Numbered from the stretch's first letter, positions 19,247 through 32,469 are shown. The stretch is 64,000 nucleotides of DNA from Candidatus Multivoradales bacterium (GCA_965223155.1 CBDCVR010000014.1:384001-448000), one strand, 5' to 3'. Notes: generated by a model from the sequence alone, not told the origin. A program made the numbers and translations.

Positions 19247-19780
19247 ATGCCGGAAGCAGCGACCGAAGGTTCGGAGGCCGATCCGGGCGGCCTCCTCCCC
19301 CGGGTAGCGGCCGTGCTGGGCGCTCTGGCCGCGGCTCTCCTAGGGCTCGTCGCGCTCATCGCGGCCTTCGACCTCGTGTCCTGGATCGCACTGAAGCGAT
19401 CTTACGCGGCCCTGGACGAGTTTGTCGCGGTGCTGATGGTCTGGTTTGGCCTGATCTCCGCCGCCTTCGCCCTGGCCGAGGGATCCCACGTGGCCGTCGC
19501 TCTTCTCGCCGACCGCCTGTCGGGAGCCGGCCGCCGCGCCGTCGAGCGCTGCGCCGATCTGGCGGTCGCGGGCTTTGGCCTCTTGCTGGCGGTGTTCGGC
19601 CGCGAGCTGACGGCGGCGGCGACCAATACCCTCCCCGGCACGGGATGGCCGGCCGCGGTCCAGTACCAGCCGACGGTCTGGTGCGGCGCGCTCCTGGCCG
19701 TCCTGGGCCTGGCCGCCGCCTTCGTGCCCAGAACCGGAACACGAGCCGCATCCGGCGCCAGGCGAGGCGGCCGGGCGTGA
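19247..19780 (+). CDS. TRAP transporter small permease (DctQ)
   Basis: Four TMs, DE..LMVW..SHVAV motif, directly upstream of DctM. Confidence 0.8.
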   Translation: MPEAATEGSEADPGGLLPRVAAVLGALAAALLGLVALIAAFDLVSWIALKRSYAALDEFVAVLMVWFGLISAAFALAEGSHVAVALLADRLSGAGRRAVERCADLAVAGFGLLLAVFGRELTAAATNTLPGTGWPAAVQYQPTVWCGALLAVLGLAAAFVPRTGTRAASGARRGGRA

Positions 19781-21078
19781 CCGAAGCGGCGCTCATCGGC
19801 CTCGTCGTCGGCACCTTCGCGGTGCTCTTGGTTTTGCGGGTCCCGGTCGCCTTTGCCTTGGGCCTGGCCGCCTTTTCGTACTTCTTCGCCACCGGCCGGC
19901 CGGCGCTTTCGGTCGCCCAGAAGATCGCTTCGCAGATGGCCGAGCCCACGCTGCTCGCCATTCCGTTTTTCATCCTCTGCGGCGAGATCATGAGCTCGGG
20001 CGGCATGGCGGCCCGGCTGGTGGCGGTCGCCAACATCTGCGTCGGCTTCGTCCGCGGTGGCCTCGCCATGGTCAACGTCGTGGCCTCGATGTTCTTCGGA
20101 GGCATCTCGGGGTCGAGCGTGGCGGACACCGCTTCGATCGGTCCTGTCCTGATCCCGCCGATGGTGCGCGCCGGCTACGACCGGGACTTCGCGGTCGCGG
20201 TGACGGTGGCCTCCTCGACCCAGGGCATCATCCTGCCGCCGTCCCACAACGCGATCCTCTACTCCCTGGCGGCCGGGGGCACGGTTTCGATCCAGGCACT
20301 GTTTCTGGCCGGCTACCTGCCGGGCGTGCTGATCGCCTTGGTTCTCATGGCGCTGTGCGGCCTGCTGGCGCGTAGGCGCGACTACCCGGCGGAGCACCGA
20401 ATCCCCATGCGCGAGGCTCTGGGCACGGTCGTCCGGGCGCTGCCGGCGCTGGCAACGCCGTTCCTCATCATCGTGCCTCTGGTGCTGGGCTGGGCGCCCG
20501 CGCACCACGCCGCGATCCTGGCGGTGATGTGGTCGCTGGTTGTCTCGATATTCGGCTACCGATCGCTGCCGGCGGCCGCCCTCGGCGGCGTGCTTCGAGC
20601 CGCCGCCCGGACCTCGGGCATGGTCATGATCCTGATCGGAACAGCGGCCGCCTTCGGCGAGGTCCTGACCTATCTGCACGTCCCGGCCAGGCTGGCGGCG
20701 ACGCTGACCGAGCTGCCGCTGGGACGGGTCGGCGCCCTGCTGCTGGTGAATCTAGCGGTGCTCTTGCTCGGCACGGTCATGGACATGGCCGCGCTCATCG
20801 TCATCCTGACGCCGATCCTGCTGCCGGTCGCCGAGGGACTGGGGCTCGACCCGGTGCACTTTGGCATCGTCTTGCTCTTGAATCTGGGAATCGGGCTCTG
20901 CACTCCCCCGGTCGGCACCACCCTATTCGTGGGCTGCGCCGTGGGCGGGATCTCTCTCGAGGCCGCTTCCCGGGCGCTGGTACCCTTCTATCTGGCGATG
21001 CTCGCCGTGCTTCTCCTGGTGACCTTCATCCCCGAACTCTCCCTGTGGCTTCCCGAGCTCATCGATTCCTTGCGCTAG
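19777..21078 (+). CDS. TRAP transporter large permease (DctM)
   Basis: LLAIPFFIL, GISGSSVAD, IILPPS, DPVHFG, TPPVG motifs. Confidence 0.93.
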   Translation: MTEAALIGLVVGTFAVLLVLRVPVAFALGLAAFSYFFATGRPALSVAQKIASQMAEPTLLAIPFFILCGEIMSSGGMAARLVAVANICVGFVRGGLAMVNVVASMFFGGISGSSVADTASIGPVLIPPMVRAGYDRDFAVAVTVASSTQGIILPPSHNAILYSLAAGGTVSIQALFLAGYLPGVLIALVLMALCGLLARRRDYPAEHRIPMREALGTVVRALPALATPFLIIVPLVLGWAPAHHAAILAVMWSLVVSIFGYRSLPAAALGGVLRAAARTSGMVMILIGTAAAFGEVLTYLHVPARLAATLTELPLGRVGALLLVNLAVLLLGTVMDMAALIVILTPILLPVAEGLGLDPVHFGIVLLLNLGIGLCTPPVGTTLFVGCAVGGISLEAASRALVPFYLAMLAVLLLVTFIPELSLWLPELIDSLR

Positions 21079-22091
21079 CGACGGCCTGCCTTGCAGGGCT
21101 CGCCGGCTGTGCCGAGCCCAGGGGCGCTCCGGGAACGAACGGTCCGGCGAGCTGGGTCGCGACCAACGTCCACGTCGAGACCTATCCCACCGCGCAGGGC
21201 CTCACCGACTTGGCCCGGCGCGTCGCCGAGGATCCGGCTCTGGGGTCCCGGATCCGGCTGGATCTTCAGCTCGGCGGCGTCCTCGGCAACGAGAAGGAGA
21301 CGCTCGAGAAGCTCCGCTTTGGCGCCATCCAGATGGCTTGCACCTCGACCGCGCCGCTGGCCGAGTTCGCTCCGGCGGTCGGCGTTCTGTCCCTGCCCTT
21401 CCTTTTCGACGACGCCGAGCACCTGTGGCGCACCCTCGACGGCCCGATCGGCGAGCGGCTCACGGCCGAGCTCGAGGCCGCCGGTTTCGTGGCTTTGGCC
21501 TGGTACGACGCCGGCGCCCGCTCCTTCTATACCAACCGGCGGGCGATCCGGACCGTCTCGGACATGCGCGGCCTGCGCATCCGAGTCCAGCGCTCCGAGA
21601 TCATGCGGGACATGGTCGCCGCGCTCGGCGCCGCGCCGGTCGCCCTGGGGTTCAAGGAAGTCTACACCGCCCTCCACACGGCAGCCATCGACGGCGCCGA
21701 GAACAACGTGCCGTCGTACCTGTCCGAGAGGCACTTCGAAGCAGCTCCCTTCTACTCCTTGGATCGCCACGCCATGATCCCGGACATCGTGCTGGTCGCC
21801 ACCCGTGCCTGGGCCGCGCTCGGACCTGAAGAGCAGACGGCCCTGCGCCAGGCGGCGCGAGCCTCCGCCGAACGCCAGCGCGAGCTCTGGGCCAACTACC
21901 GGCGCGAGGCCATCGCCCGGCTGCGCGAGGCGGGTTCGACCTTGACCGAGGTGGACGAGCCGGCCTCGTTCCGCCGAGCCGTGGCGCCGGTGTACGAGAA
22001 GCACGGCGGTGACTACGCCGAGCTCGTCGCCGGCATTCGAGCCGGATCGGCGATGGCGAGATCCAAATCCTTGACGCCAATCCAGGAATGA
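21045..22091 (+). CDS. TRAP substrate-binding lipoprotein (DctP)
   Basis: LAGC lipobox, QLGGVLG.E, GLRIRV, DGAEN motifs. Confidence 0.88.
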   Translation: MASRAHRFLALATACLAGLAGCAEPRGAPGTNGPASWVATNVHVETYPTAQGLTDLARRVAEDPALGSRIRLDLQLGGVLGNEKETLEKLRFGAIQMACTSTAPLAEFAPAVGVLSLPFLFDDAEHLWRTLDGPIGERLTAELEAAGFVALAWYDAGARSFYTNRRAIRTVSDMRGLRIRVQRSEIMRDMVAALGAAPVALGFKEVYTALHTAAIDGAENNVPSYLSERHFEAAPFYSLDRHAMIPDIVLVATRAWAALGPEEQTALRQAARASAERQRELWANYRREAIARLREAGSTLTEVDEPASFRRAVAPVYEKHGGDYAELVAGIRAGSAMARSKSLTPIQE

Positions 22092-22116
22092 ATCGGCGGC
22101 CCGGCGCGTTCCCATA

Positions 22117-22137
22117 CTTGAGGGCTTCGGACTAAGA
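22117..22137. promoter_or_regulatory. HAIR-like (HspR-type) operator upstream of cbpA-clpB
   Basis: CTTGAGG-N7-ACTAAGA versus HAIR consensus CTTGAGT-N7-ACTCAAG. Confidence 0.55.
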
Positions 22138-22214
22138 TCTGGAGCGCAGCCCCGCGGGGATGGTCCGACGGCCCATCCGGCCGGCGCAGTCGGGCTGGCA
22201 AGGAGAACTTCGCT

Positions 22215-23177
22215 TTGAACTATCGGGATTACTACAAGACGCTCGGCGTCGCCAAGACCGCCTCCAAGGACGAGATCCAGAAGGCCTACCGGAAGCTCGC
22301 CCGCAAGTACCACCCCGACATCAACAAGGACGAGGGTGCCGAGGTCAAGTTCAAGGAGATCAACGAGGCCTACGAAGTGCTCAAGGATCCCGAAAAGCGC
22401 AAGAAGTATGACCAGTTCGGCTCCGCCTGGAAGCAAGCACAACACACCGGCGCGCCGCCCCCGGGTTTCGAGGAGATCTTCTCGCAGTTCGGTTTCGGGC
22501 CCGGCGGCCGGGTCGAGTTCGACTTCGGCACCGGCCGCTCCGGCGGTGGCGGCTTCAGCTCCTTTTTCGAGACGCTGTTCGGCGGCGGACGTGCCGGAGG
22601 ACAGGCGTGGCCGGGCCAGCGAGCGCAAGCTCGCCAAGCGCGCCGCGGCCGTGATCATGAAGCGCGGATCTCGATGTCGATCGAGGAAGCCGGGCGCGGA
22701 GGCAAGCGGGAGATCACGCTCACCGACCCCGAAACCAGAGAGCAGCGCACTCTCCGCATCACGATTCCCAAGGGGATCAGGCCCGGGCAGCGCATCCGGC
22801 TCGCCGGCCAGGGCGGCAAGAGCGGCGACGGCCAGCGTGGCGACCTCTATCTGACGGTGGACATCCTGCCTCACCCCAGCTTCCGGCTCGAGAACTCAGA
22901 CCTCCATACCGTGATCGCGGTCGCGCCCTGGGAAGCGGCCCTCGGCGGCACCGCACCGATCAAGACCCTGGACGGCGAGGTCACGGTCAAGATCCCGGCC
23001 GGCTCGTCTTCGGGTACCCGCGTCCGGCTGCGGGAGAAGGGCTATCCGAGCAAGAACGGAAAGAACGGCGACCTCTTCGCCGAAATTCGCATCGTCGTGC
23101 CGAAGGAGCTGTCCGACCGGGACCGCGAGCTCTTCGAGGCGCTCGCCGAGGACTCGGAGTTTCAGCCCCGCGGCTGA
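22215..23177 (+). CDS. cbpA: DnaJ class B / curved DNA-binding protein (CbpA-like)
   Basis: J-domain with HPD, G/F-rich region, DnaJ C-terminal domain, no zinc finger. Confidence 0.88.
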   Translation: MNYRDYYKTLGVAKTASKDEIQKAYRKLARKYHPDINKDEGAEVKFKEINEAYEVLKDPEKRKKYDQFGSAWKQAQHTGAPPPGFEEIFSQFGFGPGGRVEFDFGTGRSGGGGFSSFFETLFGGGRAGGQAWPGQRAQARQARRGRDHEARISMSIEEAGRGGKREITLTDPETREQRTLRITIPKGIRPGQRIRLAGQGGKSGDGQRGDLYLTVDILPHPSFRLENSDLHTVIAVAPWEAALGGTAPIKTLDGEVTVKIPAGSSSGTRVRLREKGYPSKNGKNGDLFAEIRIVVPKELSDRDRELFEALAEDSEFQPRG

Positions 23178-23187
23178 GGAGACCACC

Positions 23188-25821
<2,634 letters not shown>

Positions 25822-25876
25822 TAGGTCCCTCCGGGTCCGGCTTGCGCTCCCCCGAGCGCCCGCCCGGCGAGCCTCC

Positions 25877-26572
25877 ATGATCCCGCTTCGCGACACTATC
25901 CAGAGCCGCAGCACGCCCTGGGTGACCCGGGCATTGATCGTGGCCAACGTCGTCGCCTTCGGCTACGAGCTGTCGCTACCCACCGAAGCCTTGGACCGGC
26001 TGTTCGCGACCTTCGGGATCGTGCCGGCGGCGGTCACCGCCGGCGCCGTACCCCTGCCCTGGATCCTGCGCCCCTTCCTGGGCAGCCTCTTTCTACACGG
26101 TGGGCTCTTCCATCTCCTCGCCAACATGTGGACCCTGTGGATCTTCGGCGACAACGTCGAGGACCGGCTCGGATCCGGCCGCTTCCTGCTCTTCTACCTG
26201 GCCTCGGGCCTGTCGGCGGGCGCCGTGCACCTCGTGACCAATCCGGGCTCGGCGGTGCCCACGATCGGCGCCTCCGGAGCCATTGCCGGCGTCCTCGGAG
26301 CCTATTTCGTGCTCTACCCCTTCGCCCGCATCGTCACCTTGATTCCAATCGTCTTCTGGCCGGTCTTCGTCGAGCTGCCGGCCTTTCTCTATCTTGGCTT
26401 TTGGTTCGTATCCCAGCTCGCAAGCGGCGGTGCCTCCGCTGCCGCCGGCACCGCCGGAGGCATCGCTTGGTGGGCCCACGTCGGCGGGTTTCTGGCCGGA
26501 TTGATCCTCCTTCGGGCCTTTGGCGGGCCTCTCCGGCGCGATTCTTCAGTTGATCTTAGTCAAGTCAACTAA
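25877..26572 (+). CDS. Rhomboid intramembrane serine protease
   Basis: HLLANM, GASG, AHVGG motifs. Confidence 0.92.
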   Translation: MIPLRDTIQSRSTPWVTRALIVANVVAFGYELSLPTEALDRLFATFGIVPAAVTAGAVPLPWILRPFLGSLFLHGGLFHLLANMWTLWIFGDNVEDRLGSGRFLLFYLASGLSAGAVHLVTNPGSAVPTIGASGAIAGVLGAYFVLYPFARIVTLIPIVFWPVFVELPAFLYLGFWFVSQLASGGASAAAGTAGGIAWWAHVGGFLAGLILLRAFGGPLRRDSSVDLSQVN

Positions 26573-26575
26573 GAT
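26553..26575. promoter_or_regulatory. HAIR-like operator upstream of hsp20
   Basis: Perfect ATCTTAGT-N7-ACTAAGAT inverted repeat. A degenerate copy ATCTGAGT-N7-AATAAGGA lies at 26605-26627. Confidence 0.6.
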
Positions 26576-26683
26576 TCTCTGTTGCCTCCGGAATATCCCC
26601 GTAGATCTGAGTGTTTCCCAATAAGGATGGCCCGGAAGAGGGCCGTTCCTGGAAACGCAACGACCTACCAAGGAGGAGACACC

Positions 26684-27139
26684 ATGAGAAAAGCCTACTT
26701 GACGCGACGGCCGTCCGAAGTCTTCGGCGATCCCTTCTTCCGGGGCTTCGACGAGCTCTTCAAGGACGAGCTTCTGCCCCGCAGCTTCTTCGGCCGCGCG
26801 GGCAACGGCGACGGCGGCTTCGTGCCTGCGGTCGACGTCCGCGAGGGCGAAAACGAGTTCGTCTTCACCGCCGAGCTTCCTGGCCTCACCAGCGAGGACG
26901 TCTCGATCACGCTCGACGACAACGTGCTGACCCTGGCCGGCGAGCGCAAGCTCGAGAACGAGGAGAACCGGGAGCAGTTCCACCGCATCGAGCGCCGCTA
27001 CGGAAGCTTCACCCGGAGCTTCACCCTGCCCCACGAAGTCGACGATGAGCAGGTCGCGGCCACCTTCACGAACGGCGTGCTGACCATCACGGTGCCCAAG
27101 ACCGAGAAGGCCAAGCCCCGCCAGATCGAGATCGGCTAA
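26684..27139 (+). CDS. Small heat shock protein (Hsp20)
   Basis: PAVDV, AELPG, ERRYGSFTRSFTLP, NGVLTITVPK, IEI tail; AGGAGG RBS. Confidence 0.93.
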   Translation: MRKAYLTRRPSEVFGDPFFRGFDELFKDELLPRSFFGRAGNGDGGFVPAVDVREGENEFVFTAELPGLTSEDVSITLDDNVLTLAGERKLENEENREQFHRIERRYGSFTRSFTLPHEVDDEQVAATFTNGVLTITVPKTEKAKPRQIEIG

Positions 27140-27184
27140 CGCGGCCCGGCGCTTCCCGGCGCCCGAGCAAGCATCGATCCATCG

Positions 27185-27216
27185 GCCCGCCTCCGATCTC
27201 GGGGGCGGGCTCTTTT
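27185..27216 (+). terminator. Rho-independent terminator after hsp20
   Basis: gcccgcctccga-tc-tcgggggcgggc stem followed by tctttt. Confidence 0.6.
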
Positions 27217-27271
27217 CGTCCCGGCGACTCCAGTCTCGAGATCCGCGGAAAGCGGATCGCCGGCGCGCCGC

Positions 27272-29368
27272 CTACCAGCGCGGCCGGCTTTGGATCAGCC
27301 GGCCGGCGCGCTCGCCGTCCAGTGGCTTCGAAAAAAAGAAGCCCTGGCCGTACTCGCACTTCAGGCTCCGCAAGCGCTGGAACTGATCCGGGGTCTCCAG
27401 GCCTTCGGCCGCCACCTCCATCCCCAGGCTGCGGGCCAGCGAGACGATGGTCTCGACGATCTCGTCGCGGCCGCCGTTGCCGTTCATGCGCCGCACGAAC
27501 GACCGGTCGATCTTGACCGTGTGAGTCGGCAGCTTGTGCAGGTAGCTGAGCGAGGAATAACCGGTGCCGAAGTCGTCAAGATGGATCTTGCAGCCCAGCG
27601 CGCGGAGCTGGGAGAGCTTCTCGATGGCGCCCTCGGCGTCATCCATGATCAGGCTCTCGATGATCTCGATACGCAGCTTGCCCGGATCCAGGCCGGTCTC
27701 GTCCAGGATCGAGGTGAGCTGCTCGACCAGGTCACCTTGACTGAACTGACGAGCCGACAGATTAACGCTCAAGGCCAGCTCGGTGCCGCCGGGGACGCCG
27801 TTCCAGCTCACCATCTGCCGGCAGGCCTCACGCAGCACCACCCAGCCGATGGGCACGATCATTCCGGTCTCTTCGGCCACCGGGATGAAATCCCGAGGCA
27901 TCACCAGGCCGCGTTCGGGATGCTGCCAGCGCACCAGGGCTTCGACGCCCTCCATCGTGCCCCTGGCCAAGTCCACGATCGGCTGGTAGTGGACCACGAA
28001 CTCCTGGGCGTCGATGGCTTTGCGCAAATCGGTCTCGAGCTTCAGGAGCTCGACCGCGCGCTGGTGCATGGACTCGTCGAAGACCGCGTAGCCCGCCTTG
28101 CCGTTGCCCTTGGCCCGGTACATGGCGATGTCGGCGTCGCGCAGGACGTCCTGGGGACTCGCGTACCCGGTCGTACTGAGCGCGATGCCGATGCTGGCTC
28201 CGGTGAAGACCTGATGTTGGCCCAGGTCGAACGACCGGTTCAGCTCCTGCTGGATTCTCTCGGCAATGCGAGTTGCGTCGGCGGCCTCTTCGATATCGGT
28301 CGCCAGAATGGCGAACTCGTCGCCGCCCAGGCGCGCGACGGTGTCCCCCGGCCGCAAGAACGACAACAGCCGCTCGCCGATCGCGACCAGCAGCCGGTCG
28401 CCCATCTCGTGTCCGAGGCTGTCGTTGATGACCTTGAAGCGGTCCAGGTCGAAGAAGAGAACGGCGAACTTGTAGTCCGAATCGCGCCGGGCGCGGGCGA
28501 TCGCGACGGTCAGCCTGTCGATAAAGAGAGTCGCGTTGGGAAGCTGGGTCAGGCCGTCGTGGAGAGCGTCGTGTACCAACTGCTCTTCGGCCATCTTGCG
28601 CGGGTGGATGTCGGTTAGCGATCCCGCCAGCCGTACGGCGTCTCCCCGCTCGTTGGCTACCGCCAGTCCGCGCGCCAGAACCCAGCGGTAGGCGCCGCCG
28701 GCGTCCATCAAGCGGTGCTCGCACTCGAAGTGTCCGGTGTCGCCCTCGAGGTGCTGGTCGAGGTCGCCGCGGAGGCCGGGAAGGTCGTTGGGGTGAACCC
28801 TCGAGAACCAGGCGTCGGGGGGCACGGCGCCGCCGTCAGGATCCAGGCCCACGATCTCGCACCACCGGTCCGAGAGATAGATGGTGTCGGCCTGGAGATC
28901 CCAGTCCCAGATCCCGTCGTTGGCCCCGGTCACAGCCAGCGAGTAGCGTTCCTCGGACACCCGAAGCTGTTCCTCGACCCGCTTGCGCTCGATCGCGTAG
29001 CGGATGGAGCGCACCAGAACGTCGGCATCGACCCGGTCCTTGACCAGGTAGTCCTGGGCGCCATCCCGCATTGCCGCAAGCGCCGTACGGTCGTCGTCCT
29101 GACCGGTCATGACCACGACCGGCACCTGGCCGGCGTCCGACAGCACGCGGTCGAAGGTCACCTCGGCATTGCTATCAGGTAGGGACAAATCCAGAAGCAC
29201 GACGTCCAGCCCACCCTCGCGCAGGCGCCGCCGGCCGGTCCCTACCCGATTCGCCCACTCCAGTTCGAACGAGGCGTCCGGCACCGGTTCTTCCAGGTAC
29301 CGCTGCACCAGGGTGGCATCTGCCGGATTGTCCTCGATGAGAAGGACCTTGATCGGGTTGTGCTGCAT
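27272..29368 (-). CDS. REC-PAS-GGDEF-EAL c-di-GMP turnover protein
   Basis: IEDN/LLDLSLPD receiver domain, PAS, intact RLGGDEF, EAL and DDFGTGYSS motifs. Confidence 0.93.
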   Translation of the reverse strand: MQHNPIKVLLIEDNPADATLVQRYLEEPVPDASFELEWANRVGTGRRRLREGGLDVVLLDLSLPDSNAEVTFDRVLSDAGQVPVVVMTGQDDDRTALAAMRDGAQDYLVKDRVDADVLVRSIRYAIERKRVEEQLRVSEERYSLAVTGANDGIWDWDLQADTIYLSDRWCEIVGLDPDGGAVPPDAWFSRVHPNDLPGLRGDLDQHLEGDTGHFECEHRLMDAGGAYRWVLARGLAVANERGDAVRLAGSLTDIHPRKMAEEQLVHDALHDGLTQLPNATLFIDRLTVAIARARRDSDYKFAVLFFDLDRFKVINDSLGHEMGDRLLVAIGERLLSFLRPGDTVARLGGDEFAILATDIEEAADATRIAERIQQELNRSFDLGQHQVFTGASIGIALSTTGYASPQDVLRDADIAMYRAKGNGKAGYAVFDESMHQRAVELLKLETDLRKAIDAQEFVVHYQPIVDLARGTMEGVEALVRWQHPERGLVMPRDFIPVAEETGMIVPIGWVVLREACRQMVSWNGVPGGTELALSVNLSARQFSQGDLVEQLTSILDETGLDPGKLRIEIIESLIMDDAEGAIEKLSQLRALGCKIHLDDFGTGYSSLSYLHKLPTHTVKIDRSFVRRMNGNGGRDEIVETIVSLARSLGMEVAAEGLETPDQFQRLRSLKCEYGQGFFFSKPLDGERAGRLIQSRPRW

Positions 29369-30939
29369 CAAGTTTCGGCGGCACCCGGCCGCACTTCAAC
29401 CGGAGTACGCGTCTCGTCCTCGCTAACTGCGATGGTAAAAGAAAAATTTGCTCCCCTACCGGGAGTGGATTCTACCCAAATGCGGCCGCCGTGTCTCTCC
29501 ACGATGCGCTGGCACAGCGCCAAGCCGATGCCGCTTCCGGGCCGCTCGGGGTGCAGCCGGCCGAAAATCTTGAAGATCTTGTCGGAGTCGCGCGGATCCA
29601 TACCGATGCCGTTGTCCTGGACCGAGAAGAGCCAGTGGTCTTCGTCCCGGCGGGCGCTAATCGCTACGACCGGCGGCTCGTCGGACCGGAACTTGAGAGC
29701 GTTCGAGATGAGGTTCTGGAAGACTTGCTCGAGCTCGCCGGCGTCGGCGAGGACGGTCGGCAAGCCCTCCCGGCGAACGGTGGCGCCGTTTTCCTCGATC
29801 AGGGCGCTCAGGTTGCGAATCGCGCCATCGACCAGCGTGTTGCAGTCGCACGCCTCGAACCCCTGCCATCCCGTGCTCAGGCGCGAGAACTCGAGAAGGT
29901 CGGCGACCAACCCCTGCATCCTCTCCACGGCCTCCCGGATATAGGTCAACGACTCGCGCGAGCGCTTGTCGAGCGTCTCCTGGAGGTCTTGCTCCAAGAA
30001 CTCGCTGTACTTGCCCACCGCCCGCAACGGCTCCTTGAGCTCGTGCGAGGCCACCGAAGCAAACGTCAGGAGATCCTGGTTCGAGCGCTCGAGCTCGCGC
30101 ATGCGCTCGTCAAGATCGGCGTCCGCCGAACGCAGGTGGGAGATGTCCTGCATCAGGATGTCGACGACGATGTCGCCGTCCACGTCCAACAGGAGGATCT
30201 CGGTCAGGTTGAGCCAGGCCTGGGTTCCATCGGGCCGTTCGATCTCGACTACCCGGGCCTGGAGCTCCCCTTCGCTGCTCAGCCGCTGCAAGAGATCGGC
30301 CTTGCCTTCCGAATTGGCGTGAAAGTGGGTCGGCAGATCCAGCTTGAGCGCTTCGCTGACCGACTGGACGCCCAAGAGCCGGAGCACCGCAGGATTGGCT
30401 TCCACGAGCCGGCCGTCGAGAGAGGAACGGAAGACACCGACGTTGGCCCGATCCAGGAGGGTCTGGAGCCAGGGCTCGGAGCGGGCGATCTGCTGATCCC
30501 GCTCGGCTGCCTCGAGTGCCCGGCGCAGGGACGGCGCCAGCCGAAGAAATCCCTTGGAGGACTTGAGAATGTAGTCTGCCGCTCCATCCCGCATCGCCCG
30601 CACAGCCTCTTCCACGTCGTCGGCCCGGGTGAAGGCCAGTACCGGAGTACCGGGCTTCGCCCGCTGCACGGTCTCGAGCACCTCCCGGCCGGACGACCAG
30701 GAGAGCTCGAAATCCACGATCACCGCGTCGAAGGCGGCGCCCGCAAGAGCGCGGGCAAAGGCCGTGGCGTCGGGCACCTCGACCAGCTTGGGACGGTCGA
30801 GATCCCGCGCCAAGACCACCGCGGCCAGGGAACGATCTTGCTCGTCCTCGTCGATGAGCAGAATTCTCGGCTCGGTTGGCAGGTGCTCCCCCGGATAGCT
30901 CAGACGATCGCCGGCCGGCGAATCACCCAAACGTCCCAC
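29368..30939 (-). CDS. REC-PAS sensor histidine kinase (start uncertain)
   Basis: N-terminal receiver domain, SHELKEPL H-box, NLISNA N-box, DNGIG and GIGL G-boxes. Confidence 0.9.
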   Translation of the reverse strand: MGRLGDSPAGDRLSYPGEHLPTEPRILLIDEDEQDRSLAAVVLARDLDRPKLVEVPDATAFARALAGAAFDAVIVDFELSWSSGREVLETVQRAKPGTPVLAFTRADDVEEAVRAMRDGAADYILKSSKGFLRLAPSLRRALEAAERDQQIARSEPWLQTLLDRANVGVFRSSLDGRLVEANPAVLRLLGVQSVSEALKLDLPTHFHANSEGKADLLQRLSSEGELQARVVEIERPDGTQAWLNLTEILLLDVDGDIVVDILMQDISHLRSADADLDERMRELERSNQDLLTFASVASHELKEPLRAVGKYSEFLEQDLQETLDKRSRESLTYIREAVERMQGLVADLLEFSRLSTGWQGFEACDCNTLVDGAIRNLSALIEENGATVRREGLPTVLADAGELEQVFQNLISNALKFRSDEPPVVAISARRDEDHWLFSVQDNGIGMDPRDSDKIFKIFGRLHPERPGSGIGLALCQRIVERHGGRIWVESTPGRGANFSFTIAVSEDETRTPVEVRPGAAET

Positions 30940-31035
30940 AATCGGTGCGTTTTGACAAATCGCGATCTATCGATCGGCCCAGACCGAGCCGGGCGGGTAC
31001 TTGCATCCGGGGAGCCGATTCAGTAAGTCTCGGGA

Positions 31036-31443
31036 ATGCTCGTTCGGCGCCAGATACCGACCCGGGGCAAGGGCCTGGTCGGAATCACCCATGTGCTGGA
31101 GGAAGTCATCGCCGAATCGGGCCTGCGGGAGGGGTTGTGCACGGTCTTCATCCGGCACACTTCGGCCAGCCTGACCATTCAGGAGAACGCCGACCCCGCG
31201 GTGCTGGCCGATCTCCAGGCCTGGCTCGAACGGCTGGTGCCCGAGCACGACGCTCTCTACACCCACACCGAAGAAGGCCCCGACGATATGCCCTCTCACG
31301 TCAAGGCGGCCCTGACGTCCACCTCGATCGGCATTCCGATCGTTGACGGCCGGGCGGCCCTGGGGACTTGGCAGGGGCTCTTCTTGTGGGAGCACCGAAG
31401 CGCGCCCAAGAGCCGCAGCCTCATCTTCCACCTCGCGCCCTAG
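31036..31443 (+). CDS. yjbQ: YjbQ family protein
   Basis: HTSASLTIQENAD, EGPDDMPSH, LGTWQG motifs. Confidence 0.9.
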   Translation: MLVRRQIPTRGKGLVGITHVLEEVIAESGLREGLCTVFIRHTSASLTIQENADPAVLADLQAWLERLVPEHDALYTHTEEGPDDMPSHVKAALTSTSIGIPIVDGRAALGTWQGLFLWEHRSAPKSRSLIFHLAP

Positions 31444-31452
31444 CAGCCCGGC

Positions 31453-32043
31453 ATGCCCAAGGTCTCCGAAGAGTATCTGGAAGCTCGCCGGCGGGGGATT
31501 CTGGTAGCAGCCCAGCGCTGCGTCAGCCGCAAGGGCATCCAGGGGACAACCATGCGGGACATCTGCCGGGCCGCCAACCTCAGCCCGGGCGCCGTCTACC
31601 GCTACTTTCCCAGCAAGGACGAGATCCTAGGCGCGCTCGCCGAGCTCCGGCTGGAGCAGATCCGAGCCTTCTTCCGTTCCCTGCGACGCCCGCTCGCAGC
31701 CGACGAGCTGGCTCGCGCGGTGGCCCAGCTCGCCGGCACGCTGGACGATCCGGCGGCACTCGACGGGCTGCGTCTGGACGTCAGCCTGTGGAGCCGCGCG
31801 CTGCAGTCCGATGAGGTCTCCCGCACCCTGGTTCCGGGGCTCGACGCGGCGATCGAGTCGGTCGAAGCGGGCCTCGACGGCTCGAACGCTCCCGGTACGG
31901 CACGCATCGTCGTGGCCTTGCTCCAGGGCTTGGCCCTGCAGAAGGCCCTCGATCCGGATCTGGACCTCGCCACCCTCGACGACGCGCTCCGCTTTTTCCT
32001 CGTACCCACGGTGGGCCCAAACGAGCTACCCCCTGTTCGGTAG
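31453..32043 (+). CDS. TetR family regulator
   Basis: HTH TTMRDICRAANLSPGAVYRYFPSK. Confidence 0.9.
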   Translation: MPKVSEEYLEARRRGILVAAQRCVSRKGIQGTTMRDICRAANLSPGAVYRYFPSKDEILGALAELRLEQIRAFFRSLRRPLAADELARAVAQLAGTLDDPAALDGLRLDVSLWSRALQSDEVSRTLVPGLDAAIESVEAGLDGSNAPGTARIVVALLQGLALQKALDPDLDLATLDDALRFFLVPTVGPNELPPVR

Positions 32044-32377
32044 GGCGTTGAGCCGTTGCGGGGAGTTCGAAATCGAGGCTATGCCTAGAGGCTCCTCACA
32101 TCGGTGGCCCAAGGGCGCAAGACAAGCCTTCGTATTCAGCAGTGGCTGCCGATTTCAATCAGCTAGAGACAGGAACGCGAGGCGACACCTTCCCGAGACC
32201 GCTGGTGGTGGCATCAGGCTCGCAATAGGGAACAGCAGAATCGAAGGGACGCCTAGAGATGACAAATAAAGTAACTCGACTGTTGCCTTGCTCTATAGCT
32301 CATACTGTAGTTGACAGCCGCCCTCTGGGTGATACCCTAATGCCGCTCCAAGTACAAGTCGAGGTTTGGAGGAAGAA

Positions 32378-32437
32378 ATGAACGCCACCACTACGCTCCG
32401 AGAGGCCTGTATCCTGTCGAAAGAGTACGGTACCTAG
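32378..32437 (+). CDS. Candidate 19-aa small protein MNATTTLREACILSKEYGT
   Basis: GGAGGA RBS at 32368-32373. Upstream TTGACA (32311), 16-bp spacer, extended -10 TGATACCCT. Confidence 0.3.
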   Translation: MNATTTLREACILSKEYGT

Positions 32438-32469
32438 CCTGTAAGGCCAGGCGGCTTTGAGCCGACTGG

